NCBI GenBank assembly: GCA_964247055.1
Contig: OZ176054.1
Location: 6,448,001 to 6,512,000, forward strand
Reading direction: 5' to 3'
Source of the DNA: Paragordius varius
Taxonomy: Eukaryota; Animalia; Nematomorpha
DNA length: 64,000 nucleotides
Each line of letters opens with the position of its first letter. Within the stretch, counting starts at the first letter, position 1. A program made the translations under genes and the position numbers. The notes under the pieces were generated by a model. That model did not search any database, was not told the DNA's origin, and saw nothing but the letters and a program-made list of their open reading frames with translations. Positions 63,715 through 64,000 of the stretch are shown here, one piece after another.

Positions 63715-64000
63715 CTAAGAAAGAAAGAAAGAAAAAATAAAAATTGGTAAAAAAAATTATTTATTTGTTGGAATAAATTATTTATATTTAGTGTTCCGAA
63801 AGGGAACTTGGTAAAAAAATAAAGATTGAACATCTATTATGCTTTATATATATATGATAGAAACGATTCTTAGTTATAACAGTATTATTTATTTAAAATT
63901 AATTAATTTTATACAATATAATTAACATCGGTTTATGATCATATTCACCAAAATTAACGCTTATTAGCGTAAAAATAAAATTATTTTATATGCCATGGTA

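Noticed and set aside
1-64000. tRNA, rRNA, snRNA or spliced-leader RNA genes
   Set aside because: None recognised by eye; tRNAscan-SE or Infernal would be needed to exclude snoRNAs in introns.

Overview
Very AT-rich eukaryotic (animal-like) genomic DNA with GT-AG spliceosomal introns. It is not prokaryotic, so the ORF track mostly catches single exons or antisense shadows. The organism cannot be fixed from the sequence. Introns of 21-30 nt and near-absent intergenic spacers suggest a reduced, possibly parasitic invertebrate (inference). The left half (1-33 kb) is a decaying tandem duplication of a block ordered purple acid phosphatase (ACP5/TRAP-like), mariner relic, a ~2 kb segment, annexin upstream region. 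The left copy has an intact phosphatase but only scraps of annexin-locus DNA. The right copy has a frameshifted phosphatase and an intact annexin that appears to begin with a signal peptide. The right half is a tightly packed housekeeping cluster: SPT5 (-), a BAG1-like UBL-BAG gene (+), MRPL28 (-), FARS2 (+) and a partial mitofusin (-). Many transposon insertions could be delimited by TIR, TSD or terminal motifs: hAT, Helitron, PIF/Harbinger, mariner, RTE LINEs (one with a twin-priming-type inversion) and a foldback-like MITE family. All gene models were spliced and translated by hand, and homology calls rest on recalled family motifs, not database searches.
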